Positions 51,557-60,955 of a stretch of 64,000 nucleotides of DNA are shown piece after piece. The DNA comes from an uncultured Flavobacteriales bacterium (GTDB taxonomy: Bacteria; Bacteroidota; Bacteroidia; Flavobacteriales_D; CAJJDF01), in NCBI GenBank assembly GCA_905182785.1, contig CAJJDF010000034.1, forward strand, positions 20,953 to 84,952, written 5' to 3'. The translations under genes and the position numbers were made by a program. Below the pieces are notes generated by a model, which saw only the letters and a program-made list of their open reading frames with translations, did not search any database and was not told the origin of the DNA. Position 1 is the first letter of the stretch, and the number at the start of each line of letters is the position of its first letter.

Positions 51557-52141
51557 TTAATGTATTGCACTTCTCCATTCCAATCCTTCACAAATCTTTC
51601 CTTCTATTTCGTTCAATTCACTCAGTCGTTTGTAGATAACATCCTCCTCCCAATACATCAATGCTAGTTTCACAAACATAGTTCCGTGCTTTGCTTCTGA
51701 GGTCCAAATCTCCTTGTAAAATTGTTTTAAATCTGGATCTTCTAGCACTTCACTTATTAGTTTAAAACGCTCCATCCCTCTCATTTCTACAATACTGGCG
51801 ATAAGTACTCTGTCAATTAATCTTTCTTCCTGGCCAGAACGAATAGAACCAATTAACTGCTTCATGTATTTGTCCTCAGCCATTTTTTGAGGTAATTGTA
51901 CTCCTCTTTTTTCCATGAATCTATAAACACCCTCAAAATGTTCTAACTCCTCAATTGCTGTTTCAATTAATTCTGGAATCCATTTTATCCTATCCGGACA
52001 TTTTGCAATTAATCCCAAAGCCATAGCTGACACTTTTCTTTCATTATCGGCATGATCTTGCAATAAAGAATCCATATCCTTTATTGCATTTTCTGCCCAT
52101 TCCCTAGGTGTTTCGTAAGTTAAATCTATCGAATATTTCAT
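51557..52141 (-). CDS. miaE: tRNA-(ms2io6A)-hydroxylase (ferritin-like diiron)
   Basis: MiaE-like pattern LLQDHADNERKVSAMA...ELEHFE...EAKH, with paired E..H iron ligands. Confidence 0.75.
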   Translation of the reverse strand: MKYSIDLTYETPREWAENAIKDMDSLLQDHADNERKVSAMALGLIAKCPDRIKWIPELIETAIEELEHFEGVYRFMEKRGVQLPQKMAEDKYMKQLIGSIRSGQEERLIDRVLIASIVEMRGMERFKLISEVLEDPDLKQFYKEIWTSEAKHGTMFVKLALMYWEEDVIYKRLSELNEIEGKICEGLEWRSAIH

Positions 52142-52212
52142 ATTACTTTAATTATTACTCAAAAATAAGGAATACAACACTTAAATATAAATTAAACCAT
52201 GTATTTTTGTAA

Positions 52213-52668
52213 ATGAAACTGAATAAAGAGAATTACTTAACTGCTTGTATCAATTTTTTGAAAGAAAAAATAAAAGGCATTAATGATATAATGAATGAAA
52301 CACAAACTTCTGCAAACTCTGACACAAAAAGTTCTGCAGGAGACAAACATGAAACATCTAGAGCAATGGCTCACCTAGAAAATGAAAGACTAGGTGGGCA
52401 ATTGGAAGTTTTGAATTTACAATTAGAAAAAATATATTCTATTAATCCTGAATCTACTAACACCAAAATTACTTTTGGAAGTATTGTAGAATGTACAAAT
52501 TTTACATTTTTTATTTCTTCAGGATTGGGGAAACTAAAACTTGTAAATAATTCTCTGTTTTATGCTATAGCAATTGAATCTCCTATTAGCAAACAATTGG
52601 TTACTAAAAAAATAGGTGATGAAATTTTGGTTGGTAAAAATTCTCAAACTATCATTAAAATTTTATAA
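52213..52668 (+). CDS. Hypothetical protein with an N-terminal coiled coil and a GreA/GreB C-terminal-like domain
   Basis: The SSAGDKHETSRAM block is followed by a roughly 70-aa C-terminal beta domain (FGSIVE...SPISKQLVTKKIGDEI) resembling the Gre factor C-terminal fold. Confidence 0.6.
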   Translation: MKLNKENYLTACINFLKEKIKGINDIMNETQTSANSDTKSSAGDKHETSRAMAHLENERLGGQLEVLNLQLEKIYSINPESTNTKITFGSIVECTNFTFFISSGLGKLKLVNNSLFYAIAIESPISKQLVTKKIGDEILVGKNSQTIIKIL

Positions 52669-52677
52669 ATTTGGGAT

Positions 52678-53409
52678 ATGAAATTAATTTTAATTATTTT
52701 TGGGGTTTGTTTGTCTTTTCTTTCGATAGGACAAGACACTAATAATTTTTACTTAAACTCCGTTCATTTGGAATACAGCTTTTCAGGAAGGGTCAGTAGA
52801 AGTACAACACTTCCAAATCAAGTAAAAGACAATGGGTTTTACCAATATTATTTTGGAGAATATGGAGTTCCTGATAGAGTGATAAATAATATATACGTTA
52901 GTAATCAATTTGGTGTAAATTTTGGATTTATATTTGATTCCTATTCAAAGAAAAAAAATCACGAATTATTAATAGGATTTGGTTATCAAAATTCTGGGGA
53001 ATATACCGACAGACTAACAAGAAATAATTATCCGAAAGATTCAACAAATTACACCAAAAATTTAGCTGAAATTACTATTGATCAAAAATACAGAGAAATC
53101 TATCTGAATGGAGCTTGGTTATTCAAAACTAAAGGAAAAAAAATTAGTTTTCACTCAGGCTTAGGGTTTAATTTTGCAATTGCAAATCCAGACTATCTCG
53201 TTAGTGAATTTGAAAACGGAATACAAATAAATCAATATAATGTGAGAGATGGTATTAAAACATATACCAATTTCTATATCCCAATTGGTTTTGAAGTAAA
53301 AAGAAATAAAAAAAGAGGAAAAGGTTTTGTTTTTGGATTTGATTATTCCGTTCGATTTTTAACCCATATCTACTCGTCATTTTCAATATCTTTAGGTTAT
53401 AAATATTAA
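52678..53409 (+). CDS. Hypothetical secreted beta-rich protein (possible small outer-membrane barrel)
   Basis: Signal peptide. Gly/Phe/Tyr-rich alternating strands. The ending LGYKY is compatible with an OMP terminus. Confidence 0.65.
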   Translation: MKLILIIFGVCLSFLSIGQDTNNFYLNSVHLEYSFSGRVSRSTTLPNQVKDNGFYQYYFGEYGVPDRVINNIYVSNQFGVNFGFIFDSYSKKKNHELLIGFGYQNSGEYTDRLTRNNYPKDSTNYTKNLAEITIDQKYREIYLNGAWLFKTKGKKISFHSGLGFNFAIANPDYLVSEFENGIQINQYNVRDGIKTYTNFYIPIGFEVKRNKKRGKGFVFGFDYSVRFLTHIYSSFSISLGYKY

Positions 53410-53415
53410 AAAATT

Positions 53416-53991
53416 ATGATAAAAAAAATATTAGGATTATTATTTTTACCTTATTTACTTTTCATGTTTTTAGAAGGTTGCTTCAGGAATTATTGCGACA
53501 GAAAAGAAACTAGAAACATTACAAAAATTGAGATGTATCATGAGAAAGATACAGTAAGTCTAAATGAAACAATTTTATTGGAAATGGAATACGAAAGTTA
53601 CTTTGTAAATAATTTTAAACTTGATATTTTACCAAAAGCATCTTCAAAAAGTGTCAGTTTCGACCCTTGTTTTGAAGGGTTTTCAAATCCAATACAAGTA
53701 GTTTCAATTATTTCATCTAGCAACTTTAATGCTGGTCATATGGCTGGAAGCGAACTAAATAGTTTGTTTGGTCAAAGTAACTCAAGAGATAATCTGGATG
53801 AATTTAATTACCAACCTAATGAATATAGTTATTGGGAGGATAATAAAATTAATTTTTACAATGACGACCTTCCTACCCTAGACTCCATTCACACCCTATA
53901 TTTTAATATTTACTGTGCAGATGGAAAAACTTACCGAGATACTTTGCCCAATGTAAATTTGAATAGGACTAGAACTAGGTATCATTATTAA
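53416..53991 (+). CDS. Hypothetical exported protein
   Basis: N-terminal hydrophobic segment ending in EGC (possible lipobox). No known motif. Confidence 0.6.
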   Translation: MIKKILGLLFLPYLLFMFLEGCFRNYCDRKETRNITKIEMYHEKDTVSLNETILLEMEYESYFVNNFKLDILPKASSKSVSFDPCFEGFSNPIQVVSIISSSNFNAGHMAGSELNSLFGQSNSRDNLDEFNYQPNEYSYWEDNKINFYNDDLPTLDSIHTLYFNIYCADGKTYRDTLPNVNLNRTRTRYHY

Positions 53992-54015
53992 ATAATATCT
54001 CCTTAACTTTACACC

Positions 54016-54666
54016 ATGTCAGATATCAACAAAAAAATATCAAGCGAAAGAAGAGATTTTGATTACGGGACTCTAGACGAATCTAATGTTCCTGAAAGCC
54101 CCAAACAATTGTTTGAAGCCTGGTTCAAAGAAGCCTTAGACAAAATGGTAATGGAGCCTTATGCTTTTCATATTGCAACAGTCTCTAAAGACAATATTCC
54201 TTCTACTCGTGTTGTTTACCTAAGAAGTATAGAAGAAAATGGATTTGTATTTTTCACCAATTACAAAGGAAAAAAAGGACAAGACATTAGTTACAACCCT
54301 AATGTTTGCGCCAATTTCTTTTGGGCAGAAAAAGAAAGACAAATAAGAATTTATGGAGTTGCAGAAAAAATAGATTCAGAATTTTCTGATGCTTATTTTG
54401 CAAACCGACCAAGAGAAAGTCAGTTAGGCGCTTGGGCATCTCACCAAAGTGAAGAACTTGAGAATCATAAAGAATTGACCGATAGATTAACTGAGTTAGA
54501 TTTGAAATATAAAGATCAAGAAGTTCCAAGACCGCCACATTGGGGTGGTTATATTATTAAGCCAAATTACTATGAATTTTGGCAAGGAAGAGCTAAACGA
54601 TTACACGATAGAATTACTTACAAAAAACAAAATGACAGTTGGCAAATAAAAAGAGTGAATCCATGA
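54016..54666 (+). CDS. pdxH: Pyridoxamine 5'-phosphate oxidase
   Basis: FMN-binding split barrel with RVVYLR, FFTNY.G.KG, and the C-terminal FWQGRAKRLHDR. Confidence 0.93.
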   Translation: MSDINKKISSERRDFDYGTLDESNVPESPKQLFEAWFKEALDKMVMEPYAFHIATVSKDNIPSTRVVYLRSIEENGFVFFTNYKGKKGQDISYNPNVCANFFWAEKERQIRIYGVAEKIDSEFSDAYFANRPRESQLGAWASHQSEELENHKELTDRLTELDLKYKDQEVPRPPHWGGYIIKPNYYEFWQGRAKRLHDRITYKKQNDSWQIKRVNP

Positions 54667-55784
54667 TTTTTTTGAATTTAAAAAGAAGGAACCTTATTTA
54701 TCTTTTTGCCCTAATTTTTATGTTTGGTTGTTCAGAAAATAGTTCGGATGAAAAAGGAATCAATTTTGAAGGATTAATTGAATTCAATTATGCCAAAGGA
54801 TTAAAAATTTATAAAACAAATGAAGGATATGTAGTTACTATTTCTAATCCAAGTAATGGCGAAATAGTCGATCATTTTTTGGTGTCAAACAAAAATAATA
54901 GCAATTTACAGAACATTAAAATCATAAAAACTCCTTTATCCAGTATTCTTGCTTATTCCTCTACTTATATTTCGTTTATAGACGCATTAGGAGAAATAGA
55001 AAAAATAAAAGGTGTAACTTATTCTCAAGGACTTTACAACAAAAAAATTAAAGATCAATTAGACTCAAAATACACAATTGACGTAGGGAATGACCAAGAA
55101 CCTGATAAAGAATTAATTGTTTCGCTTAAACCAAATGTGGCATTAATTTATCCAAGTAATGGAAATCACGATTGGTTTAATTCCTTCAATATTCCTACTA
55201 TTTCTAATGTAGAATATATGGAAACTCATCCACTAGCACAAGCAGAGTGGATAAAATTATATGGAATCTTATTTAAAAAAGAAAAGGAGGCTGATTCTAT
55301 TTTTAAATATATTGAACAACAATACAACTCGGAAATTGTGGCAAGCTCAACTGCAATAAAACCAACAGTATTGTGTGGGGAACTGTATGACAATGTATGG
55401 ACTTTACCTGGAGGAAAAAGTCTGACAGCCCAATTAATAAAAGATGCTGGAGGTGATTATTTTTACTCAAATGACAGTACTACAGGATCCAAGAAACTAG
55501 ATTTTGAATACATCCTGCAACACGATACCGGATTGGATTATTGGTTATTGTTAACTTACAGTAACAAGCCAGTTACGTTACAAACTTTGAAAGAGAAAAA
55601 CGAACGCAATAAATACCTCTCTGTTTTCAATAAAGAAAAAATAGGCGTTTGTAATACAGCTGTAACTCCTTATTTTGAAAAAGGATTGATAGAACCGCAT
55701 ATTTTATTAAAAGAAATAAAAAACTTGCTTAAAACAGGCCTAAAGCTCGATTCTTTGGTTTATGTGAATGAGCTTGGGGAGTAA
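54663..55784 (+). CDS. Periplasmic-binding-protein lipoprotein of an ABC transporter (BtuF/siderophore type)
   Basis: Lipobox MFGCS. Class III PBP layout (IIKTPLSSILAYSSTYISFIDALG...). ATGA overlap with the pdxH stop. No permease or ATPase is adjacent. Confidence 0.75.
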   Translation: MIFLNLKRRNLIYLFALIFMFGCSENSSDEKGINFEGLIEFNYAKGLKIYKTNEGYVVTISNPSNGEIVDHFLVSNKNNSNLQNIKIIKTPLSSILAYSSTYISFIDALGEIEKIKGVTYSQGLYNKKIKDQLDSKYTIDVGNDQEPDKELIVSLKPNVALIYPSNGNHDWFNSFNIPTISNVEYMETHPLAQAEWIKLYGILFKKEKEADSIFKYIEQQYNSEIVASSTAIKPTVLCGELYDNVWTLPGGKSLTAQLIKDAGGDYFYSNDSTTGSKKLDFEYILQHDTGLDYWLLLTYSNKPVTLQTLKEKNERNKYLSVFNKEKIGVCNTAVTPYFEKGLIEPHILLKEIKNLLKTGLKLDSLVYVNELGE

Positions 55785-55954
55785 ATTCTCAGTAGGTTGT
55801 ACAATTGCTTTAATAACTAACCTAACCTTTTTATAATTTTATTCGTTTATTTATTAAGTACTTAAGCTATTTCAGGATGACTTGAGTTAGTTAAACAATG
55901 AGCTTTTTATCTAAATAATATATTTGATAAAAAAATAATCCAACAATACCCAAA

Positions 55955-55992
55955 TAAAAAAGCGAATCAACTTCAAAGTCGATTCGCTTTTT
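55955..55992. terminator. Bidirectional terminator between convergent genes
   Basis: Stem AGCGAATC (55961-68) pairs with GATTCGCT (55981-88), flanked by A and T runs. Confidence 0.75.
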
Positions 55993-56046
55993 AAATTTTC
56001 ATCAGTAATTAACTATTCACCCTTTATTAATCACTCTTTAATCAGT

Positions 56047-57258
56047 TTATTTTATCCCTAATTTCTTTCTTAATTTCTTTGGTAAAGCATCTTTATGAAT
56101 TTGAATATTCATTGTCTTATACCTTACGTAAGGAAAAGAAGCATAAAAATAACCATCACACTGGTTATAATCTCCCCAAGAATTTTTTACAACAAAATAC
56201 TTAGTTCCTTTTTGGTCTTTTACTATTCCTGTAATATGCATTCCGTGATCATCTGTAGTTGTTTGCTCATCAAAAGCTTGTTGTCTCTCTGCTTGAGTTA
56301 CAATTCTTTCTTCTACAGGTGTCATAAACGCATTACTAATTTTCTCTTCTCCAGCATCACTAAAGTGCTTGTTATTTTTACCTTTTACTCTAATTGTTGA
56401 TGCATCTTTTGGTAAGATTGCTAAAGCATCTCTTGCAGAGAATCCTTTTTCAGAGATATCTGCTCCCCAAGCAAACGTATAACCGTCCATGATTGCATTT
56501 TCCATTACTTCCATAAACTCATCTAAAGGTAAGTTGTAACAAGACTGTAAAGCCCAGTTGTCTTGTACTTCGATAACGAAATCTTGGTAAAATGGGTGGT
56601 GCGTGTATGAAGTTAACGAAATATAATCGTCCATGTCCATATCTAGGTGTTTTGCAAAAGTTTTTGGCGTGTAGCTTGCTCCTTTGTAATCAAATGTGAA
56701 ATTTTCCATTGTATCTGGTAAATCTCCCAAATAAGCATCTGTTACTCCTGTAAATGCTTTTTTCCAAGACTTAGTTAATTTTCCTCCTTGTGGTTTTTTA
56801 GCCAATACTTCAACCATAGATTTCAACATTCCACTCATCTCAGAGTGATTGTGAGTTTCAGATCCATAATTTAATCCTTTGTAAGCTGATTCTGGAACAA
56901 TTCCATATCTTCTGATTACCCAAGGAATATCATGAAATGCTCCTCCAGGACCAAAATTAAATGTTCCGTAATACCTCAAATAATTTTCTGCCTTTCCTAT
57001 GTAAGCATTTCTTACAATAAACATTTCAGATAAATCATGTTCTCCTTTTTCTTTTCTTATTAATTCAGACTCTAAGAATGAAAGTGCTGAAAAACTCCAA
57101 CAAGTTCCTGTTCTGTTTTGATTTTGAACTGAAGTTTCATCTAAGTTTTTTAATTCAGTAAACATATAATCACTCCCTTTTTTGTTCGTGATTGTATCTT
57201 GGGCAAAGTTTGTTACCGTCATTGCTAAAGCAATTACAGAAAATATTATTTTTTTCAT
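56047..57258 (-). CDS. C1-family cysteine aminopeptidase (PepC/bleomycin hydrolase-like), secreted
   Basis: Signal peptide, QNRTGTCWSFSA catalytic Cys motif, the later His (HGMHITG) and the NSWG motif. Confidence 0.88.
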   Translation of the reverse strand: MKKIIFSVIALAMTVTNFAQDTITNKKGSDYMFTELKNLDETSVQNQNRTGTCWSFSALSFLESELIRKEKGEHDLSEMFIVRNAYIGKAENYLRYYGTFNFGPGGAFHDIPWVIRRYGIVPESAYKGLNYGSETHNHSEMSGMLKSMVEVLAKKPQGGKLTKSWKKAFTGVTDAYLGDLPDTMENFTFDYKGASYTPKTFAKHLDMDMDDYISLTSYTHHPFYQDFVIEVQDNWALQSCYNLPLDEFMEVMENAIMDGYTFAWGADISEKGFSARDALAILPKDASTIRVKGKNNKHFSDAGEEKISNAFMTPVEERIVTQAERQQAFDEQTTTDDHGMHITGIVKDQKGTKYFVVKNSWGDYNQCDGYFYASFPYVRYKTMNIQIHKDALPKKLRKKLGIK

Positions 57259-57298
57259 GTGTGTTGTTTATGTTTTATTTTTATATTAATTCTCTAAG

Positions 57299-58636
57299 TT
57301 AAGGAACATATTCAAAACTTCCAATATCTGCAGGATTACTTCTTGTATTTTCATCAATATCTAAAAACAACAAGAAATTATTATCTGCCGCACCTATAGC
57401 TGAAGAAGTATTAGAAATAGTCATTCTACTGAATGAAGAGAATAATGGATCTACATTTTTTTGTATAGAAACATACTTTCCATTTGTAGGTTGATCAGTC
57501 TTAATAAGGCAATGATTGAATAAATAATTGACAGATGGCCCAGGAACTGTATCTAAGGTAATTTCATTGTCATTATTACCATAAATAATTGAGTTATGGA
57601 AAATTGCTTTATCAAATGGCCTAGTACCTCCATCATAATAATTATTCAAAACTAAAGCAGGTGTAGTTCTCGCAGAATGATTCCAATAATTACTAATAGT
57701 ACAATGATTAAAATAATAATTACCTCCCAACCTCAAAGCCACAGAATTATTTCCAGAACGGCTAAACATGCAATTCTCTGCATTGATATGAGCACCTTGG
57801 GCCAATAACGAAGCATAACTGTGATTCAATGATTCTACATTTCTTAACTTGATAGAATCTCCAGAATTTGCTCCACCAAAAGCAGTATCGGCATATATTC
57901 CTACTGTTCCGTTTTTAATTATAGCGTGTTCAATTTTACTGTTTTGAGCAATAGCAAATCGTATCCCAAACCATTGTCCCGGTTCATTTGCAAAACTAGC
58001 TTCTCTCCTATCTCCCTGGAAAACTACTTTGCTGCTTTGTGTTCCATTCACAATCAATTTACTTTTGTACACATACAATACAGCTCCAGAATGAGCATAT
58101 ATTCTTGCTCCTTGGTTTATTGTTAAGGTACATCCAGAATCTATTCCTGGGAAACCAACTGCCGAAACTCCATATAAAACATGGGGTTTGTCGTCATTCC
58201 AAATTTCACCACATACCAATTCATTGTAATGAAAATAAGCATCTTGTCCCCAAGCTGCTAAATGCACATTGCTAGTGTTTCCGTTCAAAGTAAAGAAGAT
58301 ATCGTCTTCTACCACAAATGGATTTAATCCACTAGTTGGGTCAATGGTGACTTCTACAAATACGTATACACTGTCTTTTGGTAAAATCTCCGTATCTGTT
58401 ATGGTTGTTCCTGGAACTCCATCTACATTTATTCTAAACTGTGAAGCAGTTCCTTTCCCTAATCTTATATTGGAGATGAAAATAGTTGTATTTTGAGGAT
58501 TATGAATCGTAAATCGCTCGTAAGTTGAACCAATTGTAGTAAAAACTGTGTCAAAAACGATTGTATCCTTTGAGAATTCTATCTTTGCACTAGAATCGGT
58601 TAATATATTTTCTTTACGGCAATTGGATAACCCCAA
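57299..58636 (-). CDS. Right-handed beta-helix (pectin-lyase-fold-like) lipoprotein; the true start is probably upstream of the annotated TTG
   Basis: Repeated beta-helix turn signatures (NCMFSRSGNN, NHCTISNYW, HNSIIYGNN). The in-frame upstream codons 58637-58699 encode the missing signal peptide IHFIKQIKLTYFSVLIGVSIL. Confidence 0.7.
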   Translation of the reverse strand: MGLSNCRKENILTDSSAKIEFSKDTIVFDTVFTTIGSTYERFTIHNPQNTTIFISNIRLGKGTASQFRINVDGVPGTTITDTEILPKDSVYVFVEVTIDPTSGLNPFVVEDDIFFTLNGNTSNVHLAAWGQDAYFHYNELVCGEIWNDDKPHVLYGVSAVGFPGIDSGCTLTINQGARIYAHSGAVLYVYKSKLIVNGTQSSKVVFQGDRREASFANEPGQWFGIRFAIAQNSKIEHAIIKNGTVGIYADTAFGGANSGDSIKLRNVESLNHSYASLLAQGAHINAENCMFSRSGNNSVALRLGGNYYFNHCTISNYWNHSARTTPALVLNNYYDGGTRPFDKAIFHNSIIYGNNDNEITLDTVPGPSVNYLFNHCLIKTDQPTNGKYVSIQKNVDPLFSSFSRMTISNTSSAIGAADNNFLLFLDIDENTRSNPADIGSFEYVP

Positions 58637-58799
58637 AAGGATTGAAACTCCTATTAATACTGAGAAATATGTAAGTTTTATTTGTTTGATAAAATGGATT
58701 GTTTAGTTCGATACTCTGTTTAGATGATGAAAATACGTGTTTTTTACTTATTTAGTATAAAAACTAAGGGTTAATTCTTTTTTACTCAAAAGAATTTAG

Positions 58800-58807
58800 T
58801 AAATTTG
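58800..58807 (+). promoter_or_regulatory. Candidate -7 box (TAAATTTG) for rpmE
   Basis: Matches the Bacteroidota TAnnTTTG -7 consensus, 61 nt upstream of the ATG. Confidence 0.4.
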
Positions 58808-58868
58808 CAACCGAATTAAATGATAACAATAAATCCTGCTACATTAGGTAGGGCTAACAAAAATTAAA

Positions 58869-59123
58869 ATGAAAAAAGACATTCACCCAGAAAACTACAG
58901 ATTAGTTGTGTTTAAAGACATGAGTAACGATTACATGTTCTTAACTAAATCTTGTGCAAACACAGAAGATACAGTTGAATTTGAAGGAAAAGAATATCCT
59001 CTAATCAAATCAGAGATATCTCACAAATCTCACCCATTTTACACTGGTAAACAAAACTTTGTAGATACAGCAGGTAGGATTGATAAATTCAAAACAAGAT
59101 ACGCAAGACACATCAAAAAATAA
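58869..59123 (+). CDS. rpmE: 50S ribosomal protein L31, type B (no zinc-binding CxxC pairs)
   Basis: [10 protein letters not shown]..., HPFYTGKQ...GRIDKF. Confidence 0.93.
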   Translation: MKKDIHPENYRLVVFKDMSNDYMFLTKSCANTEDTVEFEGKEYPLIKSEISHKSHPFYTGKQNFVDTAGRIDKFKTRYARHIKK

Positions 59124-59141
59124 GTGTCACTTTATTATACT

Positions 59142-59177
59142 AAAAAAACCATTTGCTTTGCAAATGGTTTTTTTTTG
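59142..59177. terminator. Bidirectional terminator after rpmE and the convergent gene
   Basis: Stem CCATTTG (59149-55) pairs with CAAATGG (59161-67), flanked by an A7 run and a T9 run. Confidence 0.8.
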
Positions 59178-59201
59178 GTCTAATCTAAATTATTCTATTT
59201 G

Positions 59202-60158
59202 CTATTCTATAGAAAAAATTTTCAATTCATAATCCATAAGAGCAAATTTCACTGTTTTCCTTTCCCTGTAATAATTCATGCACATTTGAATACTTTTAAA
59301 ACTTGATTTAAATTCTGTAATTATTTTAGTTTGGATTATCGATAACTCCTTTCCTTCGTTTTGTAATCTTATTAAGGCTTCTACTCCATATACTTTTACA
59401 ACCAAAATATCACAACTTATCCATTTATCAAAATAGTCTAACCTATTAATTAGCGTATCTTTCATCAATTGCTCTACTACGCCTCTCAAATAAGGCATTT
59501 CTGATGGGTAACCACACAATCTACCAAACAAATAAGCATCATCTCTCTTTGCTATTTTATGCTCAAAATAACTGTTTGCTAACCAACTTTTTCTTTTCGA
59601 AAGAGCTTCTTTGTCTTCAGATGTACTCTCTATTAGATAATCTATATAAACATCAGACTCGTTCCATTTATAATTCATTATAAGGATACTATCAAAATTT
59701 GAAGCCATTTTATTGTAAAAAGTATCTGTTGTAGCGACATAATTACTATCGATAATTTTATCGTAAACTTTTGATCTCAAAAAATCAGACAATAAAATTT
59801 CTGTGTAAATCCCTTTCGGATAACTTACTACCTTTTCTTTATTTTGAACAGAACGAATATAAAAACTTTCTATCTCCTTATCTTGTCTATCCAATAATGC
59901 TAAATAGATATATCCTTTAACTATTTCACTGGTATCATTGGTGAAATAAAGTAATTCTTCCTTGGAAGCATTATTCAATAGTTTTATATAATTAAAATAT
60001 TGAGGAGATCTTAAACCATTGTTATTAATGTCATTATATCTAATTTCATCTATCGTTCTTATACTATTTATAATATTAGTCGTGTTTTTAGAAACAACTT
60101 GCGAATAGGTATTACAGATTAATAAACTTAAGATTAAACTTAATAGATTTTTTTTCAT
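59202..60158 (-). CDS. Hypothetical secreted protein (helical)
   Basis: Signal peptide ending TYSQ, 318 aa, no recognised motif. Confidence 0.65.
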   Translation of the reverse strand: MKKNLLSLILSLLICNTYSQVVSKNTTNIINSIRTIDEIRYNDINNNGLRSPQYFNYIKLLNNASKEELLYFTNDTSEIVKGYIYLALLDRQDKEIESFYIRSVQNKEKVVSYPKGIYTEILLSDFLRSKVYDKIIDSNYVATTDTFYNKMASNFDSILIMNYKWNESDVYIDYLIESTSEDKEALSKRKSWLANSYFEHKIAKRDDAYLFGRLCGYPSEMPYLRGVVEQLMKDTLINRLDYFDKWISCDILVVKVYGVEALIRLQNEGKELSIIQTKIITEFKSSFKSIQMCMNYYRERKTVKFALMDYELKIFSIE

Positions 60159-60160
60159 AA

Positions 60161-60832
60161 TTATTTATTCTTTACGTAAAATTCTTTTAATTGATTATCC
60201 ATTTGTTCCACAACTTGTCTGTAAGACAGTTTCTTAATAGGAGTTGGATGAAACCAAACTGTATAAGGAAAAGGTCTTTTTAATTGTTTTAAATCACTAT
60301 CTCTTAAAAACATACACTTCTTATTTGTATTGCTATTCCCTCCTCTGTATTTTTTAACTTTAGTCCTGCCAGTCTTGTTACTTTCATCATTATCTGAACT
60401 AGTAGCATTTTCATTTTTTAATACTCCAAAATCTGCTACATAGAAATTTGATCCTATTGATAAAGCGTCTTTTTTAATTCCTGAGTCAGTATATAGTTCA
60501 ACCTTGGAGTACTCTTTGGATAAAATATAAGAAGAATTATCGCTAAAAAAAAAATATACCTCACAAAAAGTAAAATTGATGAAAGAAGATATTATTTCTT
60601 TATTTAAACTTTCCTGCTTGTCTTTAACAGCATTTGCTCGACTAGCCATTCCCTTGGTTTCTAAAGCAGCTATTACATTCTTTTTGTTGTAAAGCCTGAC
60701 CAATAATACACCCGATTTTAACTGTTGGATTTGATTTTGAGCTATTTCTATCGCTTCTTGCTTTTTCTGGTTTTGAGAAAAAAAAGAAAAAGGCAGTATC
60801 AGTAGCAGTATTATAATTATATTTTTCATCAA
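60161..60832 (-). CDS. Hypothetical secreted protein
   Basis: Signal peptide ending FFSQ, 223 aa. Its stop lies 2 nt from the start of the downstream gene. Confidence 0.65.
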   Translation of the reverse strand: MMKNIIIILLLILPFSFFSQNQKKQEAIEIAQNQIQQLKSGVLLVRLYNKKNVIAALETKGMASRANAVKDKQESLNKEIISSFINFTFCEVYFFFSDNSSYILSKEYSKVELYTDSGIKKDALSIGSNFYVADFGVLKNENATSSDNDESNKTGRTKVKKYRGGNSNTNKKCMFLRDSDLKQLKRPFPYTVWFHPTPIKKLSYRQVVEQMDNQLKEFYVKNK

Positions 60833-60894
60833 ATTTTAGTTATTTTGTTCTTATACTAATATAACAAACAAAATTTGTTTCATATTTTATTTTA

Positions 60895-60927
60895 ATAAAA
60901 AACCCTAACATAATTATGAAAGGGTTT
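60895..60927 (-). terminator. Rho-independent terminator after gap
   Basis: On the minus strand, stem AACCCT pairs with AGGGTT (60901-06/60921-26), followed by a U run. Confidence 0.6.
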
Positions 60928-60955
60928 CTATGTTAATTATTCGGTCAATTAATTA

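Noticed and set aside
58869-59123. Whether type B L31 is a Zur-regulated zinc-sparing paralog.
   Set aside because: I could recognise no Zur-box-like palindrome upstream, and no type A copy is in the window for comparison. In many Bacteroidota the Cys-less form is the sole L31.
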